In this document: in pieces, positions 9,888-20,468 of the stretch
Layout of the letters: each line of letters starts with the position of its first letter
Numbering within the stretch: position 1 is the stretch's first letter
Source of the DNA: Promethearchaeota archaeon
GTDB lineage: Archaea > Asgardarchaeota > Lokiarchaeia > Sigyniarchaeales > SOKP01
Direction: 5' to 3'
DNA: 64,000 bases
Assembly (NCBI GenBank): GCA_048940925.1
Contig: JBHLOC010000009.1
Span: 32,001 to 96,000 of the forward strand
Program-made: the position numbers and the translations under genes
Notes under the pieces: model-generated
Told to the model about the DNA's origin: nothing
The model's input: the letters and a program-made list of their open reading frames with translations, nothing else
The model's database searches: none

Positions 9888-10547
9888 TTAATCAATCCTG
9901 ATATTTGTGTGCTTTTCATCAATCTTTTTCAAGCGAACTTCTAAAATACCATTAGTATACCGAGCTTTGGCGACATCTGAGTTAATTGCAGATGATAATT
10001 CAATTTCTTTGTAATAGTGTCTATTAGCATTCTCTCCTGTTGATATAATTAAACTATGGGTAGTTGCTTTTAATTCAATATCATTTCTATCTACACCTGG
10101 CATTTCAGCGATAATTAATATATGATCCTTTTCTTCATCAACTTCAATCAAGGGTTCTCTTTTTGATTTGACAACAGGTTCACCAGAATAAGGTTTTGGC
10201 TCAATATTACCAAAAGAATCTATTCTTGGTTTTCCATCTTTGCCAATATTTATATTAAATCCATACATTATTGGAAAACCAAATTTTGATTGATTCTTCC
10301 TGAATTCTTTCATAAGATCTTCGGGGGATAACTTTTGAAAATCAGGAGGTAAATTTTTTGAAATTTTGTCAAAAATCTCTTTAAATAATCGTCTGAATTC
10401 CTTAGATCCAAATAGCTTATTTGGATCTATCACAAATTTATTTGGATCAGAAAAAAATTTCGCGGGATCCTCAAAATATTTGAAAAAATCAAAAGGATCT
10501 TTTGTTTCATCATCTTCATCGTCTTTGTTTTCACTATTTTTAGGCAT
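9888..10547 (-). CDS. hsp20: Small heat shock protein (archaeal Hsp20)
   Basis: REPLIEV...IIAEMPGV...AKARYTNGILEV alpha-crystallin domain. Confidence 0.9.
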   Translation of the reverse strand: MPKNSENKDDEDDETKDPFDFFKYFEDPAKFFSDPNKFVIDPNKLFGSKEFRRLFKEIFDKISKNLPPDFQKLSPEDLMKEFRKNQSKFGFPIMYGFNINIGKDGKPRIDSFGNIEPKPYSGEPVVKSKREPLIEVDEEKDHILIIAEMPGVDRNDIELKATTHSLIISTGENANRHYYKEIELSSAINSDVAKARYTNGILEVRLKKIDEKHTNIRID

Positions 10548-10769
10548 AGAATCAGTCTTAACAAAATATTTGATTTATTTAATTTCAATTAAATTTAATA
10601 ACTTAAATTTTTAATTTAATATTATAATAGCTAAAAATTAAATAGCTTATATACTAGAAAAAATTGTTTAGATTAATAAATTTATTCTACATAAAGAGTT
10701 AATTATCAAAAATTAAAAGTTATTGAGGAGATTAAAATATACTCAGAGCTTAGTGATGACGATAAGAAT

Positions 10770-12539
10770 ATGTATCTTGATGTGCTACGTGAAGCACCAA
10801 TAATGCCCTTTTCTAATTTTGTATCTCGTGGAGATCTCCCCGATAAGATAGATGTGGCGAGACCAAGAGCTTTCATAGATCGTGAAGTTTATAGGTTAGC
10901 ACGTCAAACTTATAAAGACCGAAGTGCGAGACTTATTCCAATATTAGGATCTGCTGGTTCAGGTAAAACTCATGCATACCATTCTTTTAAAGATAAAGAA
11001 AGAGAGAATAGAATGAAATTAGCAGAATCTACAGAAGCACAAGAAATAGATGTAAGCAAATTGGAACCCATAGATTGGAGTATCATTTATGTTCCCAGCC
11101 CACCTGCAAGTATTCGTGTTTTACTTCATGTATATACCTGTATCATTGAGGAACTTGGTGCTGAATTACTCGATATTGTGTCAGAAAAGTTAGTTAAAAA
11201 ATGGGCTGGAGAAAAGAAGGGAATATTCCAAAAAGCAAAAGCTGAAGAAGTAATCCAGATGGGAATAAGAGAATTTCCAGGTGTATTTGCTGATTGTGTA
11301 AAAGCATTGGTAACTTATCAGTTAGATAAAAATAAGAAAGCATTAGCAGAAAGATGGCTTCTTGGAGAAGATTTAGAAGATGTTGAATTAGAAGAGCTAG
11401 GAATTAATTCAGTCCTCGAAGATGATGATGTATGCTTAGCATTAATTAAAATTATTACTGAGAATTTAGATCGAGTTCTAATTCTTTATTTTGACGAATT
11501 AGAATCTCCATACAGATACTTGGGAGAAGCAGCAGAAAGAAAATTCTTAGAAATCTTAAAACGATTGTATAATGAAGTCAAAGGGCTTGTAATTACGATT
11601 GCAGTTTTAAAAGAGATTTGGCCAAGAATCATTGAGATTGCTGATGCCCCTCTAAGATCAAGAATGGAACCTGAGCAAGAATTAAAACCTTTTAGTTTAA
11701 ATGATCTAAAAATATTTTTCTCAAAATCTATGGAATCCTTCTGGGATGATAATAATTTGAATCCTCCACTTTACCCACTATTTCCGTTAAATGAAAAGCT
11801 TATTGAAATGATTTTTGAAAAGACTAAAGGAAATCCAAGAAATTCAATTAAACTATGTAGAAGGTTTATTGATAAAGTTGTAATGGAAGAGATGACTATT
11901 GATCAACTTATGGAAGTTGGTTCTGAAATTGTCGCAACAGCTAAACCAGCATCTGAAATTGAAGAAGAAGTTATAGATTTCTCAAAACCTAGGGAAGTTA
12001 TTAAAAAGACTATTGAAGATATCCTAGCTGAAGAAGAATATTCAATTGAAGTCAATCCTCAGTCCGTAGCAGGAGCTACTTTAAAATGTATTAGTATGGT
12101 AGGGGAGGAGAAAAAGAAAAAGTTCAAAACTCAAATGGAATTCAAATTCAAGCTTGGTAAAAGATCTCAAACTTTAGCTGCATTAATAGAAGCTGAAGGA
12201 AAAAAATGGGGTTTAGAGATCCCATCTATAAAAACTTTCGATCGGAGTGCTGGTGTTGCTGGATATTATGCAGCAAAACGTTTGAAAGATGCTCTCGATC
12301 AACAAGCAATAGATAAAGCATTATTAATTGTTCCTGAGGGTAGTAAAGGTGCGAAATTTGAAAGTATTTTGAAGAATAACCCAAATATTCATAAAATAGA
12401 GCTTAATAATGACACGGGAGAAAAATTGATAGAAAATGCATTAAAACATCCAACGAAGGAAGGTTGGGAAATCACTCGGGTTATTTTCCCTGATATTGGA
12501 GACTATATAGAACCTATCGTTGAAGAAACTAAAGATTAA
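10770..12539 (+). CDS. AAA+-type P-loop ATPase with an extra C-terminal alpha/beta domain
   Basis: Walker A GSAGSGKT, Walker B LYFDELE, LRSR arginine finger, GNPRNSI sensor 2. Confidence 0.75.
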   Translation: MYLDVLREAPIMPFSNFVSRGDLPDKIDVARPRAFIDREVYRLARQTYKDRSARLIPILGSAGSGKTHAYHSFKDKERENRMKLAESTEAQEIDVSKLEPIDWSIIYVPSPPASIRVLLHVYTCIIEELGAELLDIVSEKLVKKWAGEKKGIFQKAKAEEVIQMGIREFPGVFADCVKALVTYQLDKNKKALAERWLLGEDLEDVELEELGINSVLEDDDVCLALIKIITENLDRVLILYFDELESPYRYLGEAAERKFLEILKRLYNEVKGLVITIAVLKEIWPRIIEIADAPLRSRMEPEQELKPFSLNDLKIFFSKSMESFWDDNNLNPPLYPLFPLNEKLIEMIFEKTKGNPRNSIKLCRRFIDKVVMEEMTIDQLMEVGSEIVATAKPASEIEEEVIDFSKPREVIKKTIEDILAEEEYSIEVNPQSVAGATLKCISMVGEEKKKKFKTQMEFKFKLGKRSQTLAALIEAEGKKWGLEIPSIKTFDRSAGVAGYYAAKRLKDALDQQAIDKALLIVPEGSKGAKFESILKNNPNIHKIELNNDTGEKLIENALKHPTKEGWEITRVIFPDIGDYIEPIVEETKD

Positions 12540-12555
12540 GAATTATAAAATTAAA

Positions 12556-13479
12556 TTAGATATTTTCAAAAAATTCTTTTATTTTATTTTCTAATCCAAA
12601 AAGATCTTTTCCTAAGCGAGAAGCTCTGTGTATATTGTTTTTTATTTTTGTCAAATCCTCAATTAATTCAGGCTCTTCAAAATTGTCTGAAATTTCTATT
12701 AATCTATCGAATGGTTCAATTAATTGAGTATATATATCTAATTTTTCACCAAAAAATTCATTAAATAATTTTGCAATTTCTTTATAAAGACTCTCTCGTT
12801 CTTTTAATAATTCAGGGAACCTTCCAACTTGTTCTCCCTTATTTTGTAAAAATGAAGCAATTTCTTCTTCTTGAATAAGCAGTGCTAATTCTGCAGCCTT
12901 TTGGAAGCTCTTTTTTGCTTTTCTATAAAAGGTATCTTTCAGAAATTGATCTGCGATCTTTACTTCAGCTGCAAGTTTTAGAGGAATATCTTCTCCTAAG
13001 TCTATCAATTCTCTTGCTTCTTGAAGCTGTCCATCGTCAAGCATCTTTTTAGTTCTCTCATTCAAAATATCCTTTATAATTTCTGGCTCTTGTAATTTTT
13101 GAATTAAACTTAATATTGTATTCAAGCTATTTTTTAAAATATCATTCATTTTTTTTTTATCAGTAGAAAAACCTTGAATAACCTTTTCTTCAACATTTTC
13201 AAAGATACTTTTTAATGAGATAAGGTCTTCTTCCTCCTGTAGTATAAAACTTATATAAAGATTTTCTTTATCAATAGGTTCAGCATTAAGTTTACTCGAA
13301 TAATAACGATTATTATCTTTACGAATGGTTACAGTTAAAGAATCTTTTTTTACATGTTTTTCAGAAAATTCCTTTAAAATAGCAGGTGGTATTTTTTCAT
13401 CTTGTTTTAAATAATACTCAGCTAATATATTGGGCCCAAATGATTGATCAATTTCATATAGAATTATTGCACGTGGCAT
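12556..13479 (-). CDS. Longin/uDENN-like N-terminal domain plus helical repeat region
   Basis: AIILYEIDQSFGPNILAEY start followed by TPR-like helices. Confidence 0.55.
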   Translation of the reverse strand: MPRAIILYEIDQSFGPNILAEYYLKQDEKIPPAILKEFSEKHVKKDSLTVTIRKDNNRYYSSKLNAEPIDKENLYISFILQEEEDLISLKSIFENVEEKVIQGFSTDKKKMNDILKNSLNTILSLIQKLQEPEIIKDILNERTKKMLDDGQLQEARELIDLGEDIPLKLAAEVKIADQFLKDTFYRKAKKSFQKAAELALLIQEEEIASFLQNKGEQVGRFPELLKERESLYKEIAKLFNEFFGEKLDIYTQLIEPFDRLIEISDNFEEPELIEDLTKIKNNIHRASRLGKDLFGLENKIKEFFENI

Positions 13480-13633
13480 TTTATTATAGCTCTGTTAATA
13501 AATTTTTAGTGATTAATTTATATATTATAGAGTTAATAAGGTTTTGATTTTAAATTTTTATTCCATCTAGATGATTAAGGTCACATATATATAAATAAAG
13601 TAGAAATTAAGTAAAAAAGTAAGGGAGGACCTT

Positions 13634-14551
13634 ATGGTTATTATAGAGGATACATTTTGCGAAGCTTTTGAAGGTCTTTGTTGCCAATTGATGGTAACTG
13701 CTCAAGATAGCGAATTGTTGAATAGAGCAGCTAATGCATTTACTGCTTTACCCTCAACTGTGTTTGGAGATGCTGAAGGAGGTATTGTTAGATGGCTAAC
13801 TGAAAAAGAAACATTCGATGGAAGATTAGGGGCAATAGTTCAATTATGGGTCACAGGAACAGGAAAGAAATCCACATTAAAATTATATGATCAATTAGGT
13901 AAACGGATAAGGCAAGGTATCCTTGTCGTTCCTACGACAGCTGTTTTTAACTACTATCCATATAAATCTGAAATGAATTTTAACATGATGAATAATGTCG
14001 GCCATTGTGGAGATGGTTATGAAGAGATTGTTGAAAAATTTCAAAAAAAAATGATTTCAGTACCTATTATGATGGGATATGATTTTTTAATAGAAGAAGA
14101 AATTTCCTATGCTAAGGGTGTGATGGGGGGGAACTTATGGTTGTATTGTGATTCTGTGAAATCTGGAATTAAAGTAGGCAGAGAAACTGTTAAAATTATT
14201 GCTGAAATTGATGATGTTTGCACACCTTTCGAAGTATGTTCAGCAGGTTCCAAACCGGAAACAAAATTTCCTGAAATAGGTCCATCGACCAATCATCCAT
14301 TCTGTCCTACATTGAAATCTAAACTCGCACCAGAAGATTTTAAAGTCCCTGAAGGTGTTTTATCTATTCCAGAAATAGTATTCAATGCTTTAGATCTTAA
14401 AACAATTGAAAAAACGATGTTAAGAGTAATTGAGAGAATTATTGATTTAGAGGGTTTAATCAAAATATCCTCTGGAAATTATGGAGGAAAATTAGGTAAA
14501 TATAAAATATATTTGCGAGAACTAGGTTTAAAAGAAAATTATTTTTCTTAA
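13634..14551 (+). CDS. ftr: Formylmethanofuran:tetrahydromethanopterin formyltransferase
   Basis: IEDTFCEAF, T.DGR.G, PTTAVF, GVMGGN, STNHPFCPTL, SGNYGGKLG. Confidence 0.92.
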   Translation: MVIIEDTFCEAFEGLCCQLMVTAQDSELLNRAANAFTALPSTVFGDAEGGIVRWLTEKETFDGRLGAIVQLWVTGTGKKSTLKLYDQLGKRIRQGILVVPTTAVFNYYPYKSEMNFNMMNNVGHCGDGYEEIVEKFQKKMISVPIMMGYDFLIEEEISYAKGVMGGNLWLYCDSVKSGIKVGRETVKIIAEIDDVCTPFEVCSAGSKPETKFPEIGPSTNHPFCPTLKSKLAPEDFKVPEGVLSIPEIVFNALDLKTIEKTMLRVIERIIDLEGLIKISSGNYGGKLGKYKIYLRELGLKENYFS

Positions 14552-14564
14552 AATTAAATTTTTA

Positions 14565-15224
14565 TTACCTTTTTAATTTCTCTAGCTTTTGAAGTTGTTC
14601 TTTAGAATAGATTTTCCCATAATTTTTTGAAAAGATCTTTCTAATTTTTTCTAATGGTACGTCAGTATAGATACCCCAATCTTTAGCATACTCCACGAAT
14701 AAATTCCCTTCATTATCATAAGGAGCTAAAAGGGCATCATTTTCTCCATCATATTCTACTAACGGAACATAACCTGCTTTAATTGCTGTTTCTTTATCAA
14801 AAACAGGAGTTAGCTTTTTCCATTTACCCTCAATATATAATTCACTATAACCATGACAATGAAATGTTCTAGTCCCCATTAATTCTTCGATCCAACTAGG
14901 AATTTTATGATTTATAATATCTATCATGTGGATTCTTGCAGGAATGCCAACTGCTCTAGAAAAAGTAGCTAATAATACAGCTTTTGACATACAGAAGCCA
15001 TTACTTCTGCGTAAGGTAACAGAAGCTTTAAGATTTGCCCTATTACTTGGATTATATGTATACATATTATACTTTATATTATCTCTAACCCAGTAAAAGA
15101 GTGCAATTGCTTTTTCTTTATCAGATTTCAATCCATTGATTATCTCCAAGGCTTTGTCTCTAACTGTTTTTTTATCAAAATCAAGGAATTCAGTTGGTTG
15201 GAGATATTCCTTCATTGAGTCCAT
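14565..15224 (-). CDS. Transglutaminase-like cysteine protease
   Basis: GFCMSKA...RAVGIPAR...HGYSELY. Confidence 0.85.
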   Translation of the reverse strand: MDSMKEYLQPTEFLDFDKKTVRDKALEIINGLKSDKEKAIALFYWVRDNIKYNMYTYNPSNRANLKASVTLRRSNGFCMSKAVLLATFSRAVGIPARIHMIDIINHKIPSWIEELMGTRTFHCHGYSELYIEGKWKKLTPVFDKETAIKAGYVPLVEYDGENDALLAPYDNEGNLFVEYAKDWGIYTDVPLEKIRKIFSKNYGKIYSKEQLQKLEKLKR

Positions 15225-15374
15225 AACTAAAAAAAAAATAGATCATTTTATAATATTTCTCTTAAAAAAAATTATTCAGATCTCTATTTTATTGTTTATA
15301 ACATAAATATAAATTTTAATAATTCAATTATACCTTAAAATTGAGATTTAAATTATAATAAATCTGAGAATACT

Positions 15375-17033
15375 TTGGAAGCTTTAATACTTAGTCGATT
15401 TGACCCATTTTATGGTCCAAAAATCTTTTTGAAAGCACCTAAGTCATTAGAGGATGAAATTATAAATGAAATCCCTTCATTAATGGAACTCCAAACAAAA
15501 GGAATTTTTATTCATATATTTAAAAAAATTAAGGCAGCAAATTTATTCTTTAAATTACCTAATGAGCATGCAAGGGGTGGAAATGAAAGTTTAATGATAA
15601 GTATTATAACTGACCTTAAAAGTAATATATCATTGATGTTAGCTCATGACCTTCTTGAAAGTTTTGCGCGAAATCTAACAAATTTAGAAGGAATTTATTT
15701 AGCTTTTGATAATAAAGTTAAAGATGTCCAGAGTGATCCTATAAAATTGAAAGAAATCGAAAAATACTTCTTCTCATATTTTGAATCTATTAAACCTGCT
15801 CTTAGAACTATAAGAATGGCTGAAAATCGTTATCAAGCTCTATTTAAAGCTGCTAAAGATGCAATTGTTATTATAAATCGTAAAAATGGAATGATTGTTG
15901 ATGCTAACTTAGAAACTGAAAAATTAATCGAACAATCTAGAGAAGAAATAATTGGACTCCATGCGCTTAAACTTGAATTATTTGATGAAGGTTTAATTGA
16001 TCCATCTATGATTGATTATTTGATTGATAATCCACCTCCAATAATTTCAAGGATAAAAAAGTCAACTGGTAAGAAGTTATATTTAGAAGTTAGTGTTAAT
16101 GAAATTAAATTAGGAGATGAGCATTTTATTCAGTATATGTTTCATGATATTACTGATCTTCAAGTAATAGAGGAGAAACTTAAGGATCAAGTTAAAAAAA
16201 TGGATATATTAAATACAATCATCAGTATTGCGAACCATGCTAATAATTTACGAGAGTTATTAACTGATATCCTTGATAATTCTATAGAATTATTTGATCT
16301 TAAAGGATGTTGTATATATTTGGTCGAAAAAGCTGGAAAGCTCGCTAGAGTAAAAGTTCACAAGGGATTTCCTCCCTATTTTATCCAACAAAATAATAGA
16401 TTAGATATAACAAAAAATCCTTATGAAATAGTCTTTAATAAAGGTGTTGTACTTAATAATAAAAATTTTCCGGAATTATTAGACCAATTCTTTGAAGGAA
16501 TTGAGTTTAGTTCGGCTGCTGTACTCCCTCTATTTTCAAAATTCGAAATTATTGGTGCTGTATTTATGATTTTTAATGGTAACAAAATACTTAGCTCTGA
16601 AGAGATGGAATTAATTATTTCTTTGGGTATGGAATTAGGTACAGCGATAGAACGTATCCAAAATAAAGAAGAATTACGACGAAGTGAAATAAGGAATAAT
16701 ATTCTTCTTAATCATATTCCATTTTCGATTTTTAAAATTTCGAAAAATGGAATCTTTTTAGATATTAAATTAGATAAAAATATCAAACAAATTATTGAAC
16801 AGACATTTACAACCACAGAATTTATAGGGAAAAATATAAATGATTTCCTACCAAAAGAAACCGCGGAGGAGACCCAAAACAATATTGAAAAAGCACTTAA
16901 AATAAATAAATCAATCGAAATGAAGTTTGTTTTGCCGATAAATGACAATCAAATTATTTTTAAATCTAATATCGTTCCCTTAGAAAATAAAGAAGTTTTG
17001 GTATTTCTACAAAATTTAACAAGAACCTGGTAA
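15375..17033 (+). CDS. Longin/uDENN-like - PAS - GAF - PAS sensory protein without a kinase domain
   Basis: FDPFYGP and ARGGNESLM N-terminus, PAS (DAIVII...IVDAN), GAF (PLFSK..IIG), C-terminal PAS. TTG start. Confidence 0.75.
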   Translation: MEALILSRFDPFYGPKIFLKAPKSLEDEIINEIPSLMELQTKGIFIHIFKKIKAANLFFKLPNEHARGGNESLMISIITDLKSNISLMLAHDLLESFARNLTNLEGIYLAFDNKVKDVQSDPIKLKEIEKYFFSYFESIKPALRTIRMAENRYQALFKAAKDAIVIINRKNGMIVDANLETEKLIEQSREEIIGLHALKLELFDEGLIDPSMIDYLIDNPPPIISRIKKSTGKKLYLEVSVNEIKLGDEHFIQYMFHDITDLQVIEEKLKDQVKKMDILNTIISIANHANNLRELLTDILDNSIELFDLKGCCIYLVEKAGKLARVKVHKGFPPYFIQQNNRLDITKNPYEIVFNKGVVLNNKNFPELLDQFFEGIEFSSAAVLPLFSKFEIIGAVFMIFNGNKILSSEEMELIISLGMELGTAIERIQNKEELRRSEIRNNILLNHIPFSIFKISKNGIFLDIKLDKNIKQIIEQTFTTTEFIGKNINDFLPKETAEETQNNIEKALKINKSIEMKFVLPINDNQIIFKSNIVPLENKEVLVFLQNLTRTW

Positions 17034-17054
17034 GGTTACAAAGACATACTATTA

Positions 17055-18104
17055 CTAGTCACTAAGTTTTGTTAACATTTCCTGAATTTTTTTACTCTTA
17101 TTTTGAAATTCAAACGCAAGAGAATCATCACCTAAATGAAGACACAAATTACTTATTTTTTCAAATATTTCAATAGTACTTTCAAAATCTCCTTGCTGTA
17201 ATGCGTCTTCAAGTTTATCCATTAAAATATCTCTTTCAAATATAGGTTGTAATAATGGTGATACTCCAGCATCCATATCTAGGAGATCAGCTATAATACG
17301 TATCATTTTAGGGCGATTATTTGGATCAATAGCCACAAAAGAATATGTCTTATGCCCCAATAATCTTTCAATATCTTCAACTTTCATTGCATTAGGTAAA
17401 TCTTGTTTATTCCCAATGACTGCTAAACGAGCAGTAGGAACAACTTTATTAACTAATTCAAAAAAATACCTACTCTTCTCAAGATTTCCTAAAGAGGAAT
17501 CTGTTATTAGTAATACAGCATCACTTCCTCTGATAAATTTCTCCCAGAGAAAATCGAATTGGTCTTGACCTGCGAAATCCCATAAAAAGAAGAAAAGTTT
17601 ACCAATTTTAATAGTTGCAACCTCACCCGTTATTGTAGGAATATGTTGCATAGGAATTTCTTCAGACTTTATTAATTTAGTGGTGGTGGTTTTTCCTACT
17701 CCTGAAAAGCCTACTAATGAAATTTTAGGTTTTAAATTTCTGTGAACGTTATCAACAATTGGATCCAATATATCACTTAATATTTCGAAATTATCATCTT
17801 TAATATTATCTCCATAAAACTCTAAAAATTCAGTTTTAAATTTTTTTAATTGTGGTTTTATATCATCAAAATTGTCACCTAGGCCTGAAACAAAGAGTAA
17901 AATCATGTTTAAATTCTGATCAGCAATATATGAAAGCTTATATTTAAAAAACTCGTATGAGCCTGCCTCTTCTCCAAATTTCGAAAATGCTGCTTTTTTG
18001 ATTATTTGATACACATTTGAAAAAAGATTACTGTCTAAACCCTTAGCATAACTCCTTTGATATGCTATTGAATCATTTATAACTATAAAAATTTGTCGCA
18101 ACAT
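17055..18104 (-). CDS. Longin-fused Ras-superfamily (Arf/Rab-like) small GTPase
   Basis: N-terminal longin-like region, GFSGVGKTT, WDFAGQ, NKQD. Confidence 0.88.
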   Translation of the reverse strand: MLRQIFIVINDSIAYQRSYAKGLDSNLFSNVYQIIKKAAFSKFGEEAGSYEFFKYKLSYIADQNLNMILLFVSGLGDNFDDIKPQLKKFKTEFLEFYGDNIKDDNFEILSDILDPIVDNVHRNLKPKISLVGFSGVGKTTTTKLIKSEEIPMQHIPTITGEVATIKIGKLFFFLWDFAGQDQFDFLWEKFIRGSDAVLLITDSSLGNLEKSRYFFELVNKVVPTARLAVIGNKQDLPNAMKVEDIERLLGHKTYSFVAIDPNNRPKMIRIIADLLDMDAGVSPLLQPIFERDILMDKLEDALQQGDFESTIEIFEKISNLCLHLGDDSLAFEFQNKSKKIQEMLTKLSD

Positions 18105-18131
18105 TTTGAATAATTTGTTATCATTTTAGTC

Positions 18132-19046
18132 TTATTGATAGTATTGACTTAATTCATTCTTTAATTTATCTAATATCTCTGTCATAACTTCTTGGTCTAA
18201 ATTTTCAGATAATAAAATTAAATATTTAAAATTATTATGATATTTATTTATATCTTCTATTAACATATTTAAAATTTTAGAACCTGGGCTTATTATACTA
18301 GTTTTTGTTGTAGTAAACCCAGACGATTTGCTTAAATGATATACTTTTTCATATAAATAGAAAAGAATACTAGTATCAAAATCGTTTGACATCTCTTGAA
18401 TAATCAGATTATTTTCTTGATTAGAAACAAAACAACTTGTCTTAGACAAATTTTTGACAATGTTTTTGATAATTTCTTTTAGATTGGAAGTATCTTTTGA
18501 GAAACCACTTATAGTGGCTGACAATGCATTGTAAGTGGTATATATTAAATTTGGATGCAAACTTGTGAAATAAATTTGTATTTCTTCAGGAAGTTTTAAT
18601 TGGGTAATTATTTGCCTTCGTATTAAAGCGAGCATACTTCCAATTTTCTTAGTGATTAATAGATCAATTTTATGCAGAAATAAAACAATTTTAGCATCAA
18701 ATCCCAGCTTTTTTCTAATTTCATAAATTTTCTTCACATCATCAATAATATCTTGTGAATCTTTGATCCAGGTTGGATAATCAAAAAGATAAATGATTGC
18801 ATTGGTATCTCCGAACGCTAATATTTGTTTCTGTTCATCTTCCAATATAATGGATAATGATTGACCAGGTGCATCAATTAGGCTAACTTTTGTATTCATA
18901 AAATCATGGACAGAATATTGCATTTTAATAGTTGCTTCAAGTGGAAAAAGTACTAATTCATTTGGATCTTCTCCTTCGAAGATTACCTTTTGAATTGTGG
19001 TTTTTCCCATTTCTGGTTTTCCAATAAATGTGATTTTTGTAGCCAT
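18132..19046 (-). CDS. Rag/Gtr-like GTPase with C-terminal roadblock-like domain
   Basis: GKPEMGKTT, LEAT, DAPGQ, HKIDL, FTSL. Confidence 0.8.
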   Translation of the reverse strand: MATKITFIGKPEMGKTTIQKVIFEGEDPNELVLFPLEATIKMQYSVHDFMNTKVSLIDAPGQSLSIILEDEQKQILAFGDTNAIIYLFDYPTWIKDSQDIIDDVKKIYEIRKKLGFDAKIVLFLHKIDLLITKKIGSMLALIRRQIITQLKLPEEIQIYFTSLHPNLIYTTYNALSATISGFSKDTSNLKEIIKNIVKNLSKTSCFVSNQENNLIIQEMSNDFDTSILFYLYEKVYHLSKSSGFTTTKTSIISPGSKILNMLIEDINKYHNNFKYLILLSENLDQEVMTEILDKLKNELSQYYQ

Positions 19047-19228
19047 GTTTTTACCTCATATTCTTATCTAAAAGTTTATGATTTGCAAGAATTATTCAAG
19101 CTACTTTATAATCAAATAAAAGTAAATATATTTAAAGTTGATTAAATCTATAAAATCAATTTTTTTATCTAATTGAGTTATATTTCTAGTGGAATTAAAT
19201 AAGAAATAAATCAAATAAACATGATATA

Positions 19229-20464
19229 TTAAATTTTCGAAGCTATGAAATCGATAATATCTAGTAATTTTATTTTTTCTTTAATCTCCGGTTCCACTTC
19301 TTCATATGCATCACTTAAATTTCCAATACAAAACGGGCAGCTGGTTGTTAATATATCTGCTCCTGATTCTACGGCTTCTCTAATTCTCTCTTTTGAAATA
19401 TCTTTTGCTAAATTCGGAAATTGACTCTTCATACCTCCACCTGCTCCACAACACCATGCATGTTTACGATTTCTTTTCATTTCAAGCAATTCAACTCCTG
19501 GAATTTTTACAATCAGTTCTCTTGGGATCTCATATAAGTTCATATGACGCCCTAGGTGACAAGGATCATGATATGTTACTTTTATCTGTTCCTCTTTAGC
19601 AGGATCGAAAGGAATTTTGTTATTGTTAATCAAATCAATTAAAACTTCAGTAATATGTTTCACTTCAAATGGTAATTCTTCTCCTAATAAATCTGGATAA
19701 TCTTTCTTTAAAGTTCTATAACATCCTGCACAAGCAGTAAATATTGTTTTTGCTCCCATATTCTTAAAAGTTTCGATATTATGCTTTAAAAGTTCGTCTA
19801 CCGATTTATAATCACCTATACGAGCTCCAATAGAGCCACAACACCATTCATTTTTCGATAATGCAATCTCTATCTCAGATACTGATAATATTTTCATCAT
19901 ACTCTTCAATGTATCAGCTTGTCTTAAAGGCATCGTACACCCTGCAAAAAATACAAGTTCTCCTTTATCTTTAATAGCTGGAAATTCTTGAGCCCACTCA
20001 AATTTTTTGGCTATATCTTCGCCATAAGGATTTTTAGTATTATCATTGTTCATATATTGAATCAATTCTGCGTGTCTATCAAGTGGAGCAAAACCAGCTT
20101 CTACTAAGTCTTTCCTCAAGGCATCCCAAACCTTCACATGATCGATCCATTTACTTGTTGGTAATATGATATTTTCATTATGTGTCATATGGCAAACTTC
20201 TGTACAGTTTCCACATTCAGAACATTTATATATCCACTCCGCGAGTTCTTTACTCAGTGGAATTTGTCCTTTCAAAATACTCTTTAGTACATTCATTCGA
20301 CCTCGAGAAAAGTATATTTCAAAACCCTCTTCATCTTTTGCTTCTTTCACAGGACAAGTTAAATATCTCCCAACAAAAGGTCTAATGGAAAATCCACAAT
20401 CTCCGCAATTCATACAGGTAAATATAGCATCCCATTCTTTTTTCAAATTTTTTAATTCACTCAT
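19229..20464 (-). CDS. Fe-S oxidoreductase with CCG domains (GlpC/HdrD-like)
   Basis: CMNCGDC, CSECGNCTEVC, CCGS, TACAGC, YHDPCH, CCGAGGG. Confidence 0.9.
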   Translation of the reverse strand: MSELKNLKKEWDAIFTCMNCGDCGFSIRPFVGRYLTCPVKEAKDEEGFEIYFSRGRMNVLKSILKGQIPLSKELAEWIYKCSECGNCTEVCHMTHNENIILPTSKWIDHVKVWDALRKDLVEAGFAPLDRHAELIQYMNNDNTKNPYGEDIAKKFEWAQEFPAIKDKGELVFFAGCTMPLRQADTLKSMMKILSVSEIEIALSKNEWCCGSIGARIGDYKSVDELLKHNIETFKNMGAKTIFTACAGCYRTLKKDYPDLLGEELPFEVKHITEVLIDLINNNKIPFDPAKEEQIKVTYHDPCHLGRHMNLYEIPRELIVKIPGVELLEMKRNRKHAWCCGAGGGMKSQFPNLAKDISKERIREAVESGADILTTSCPFCIGNLSDAYEEVEPEIKEKIKLLDIIDFIASKI

Positions 20465-20468
20465 ATTA

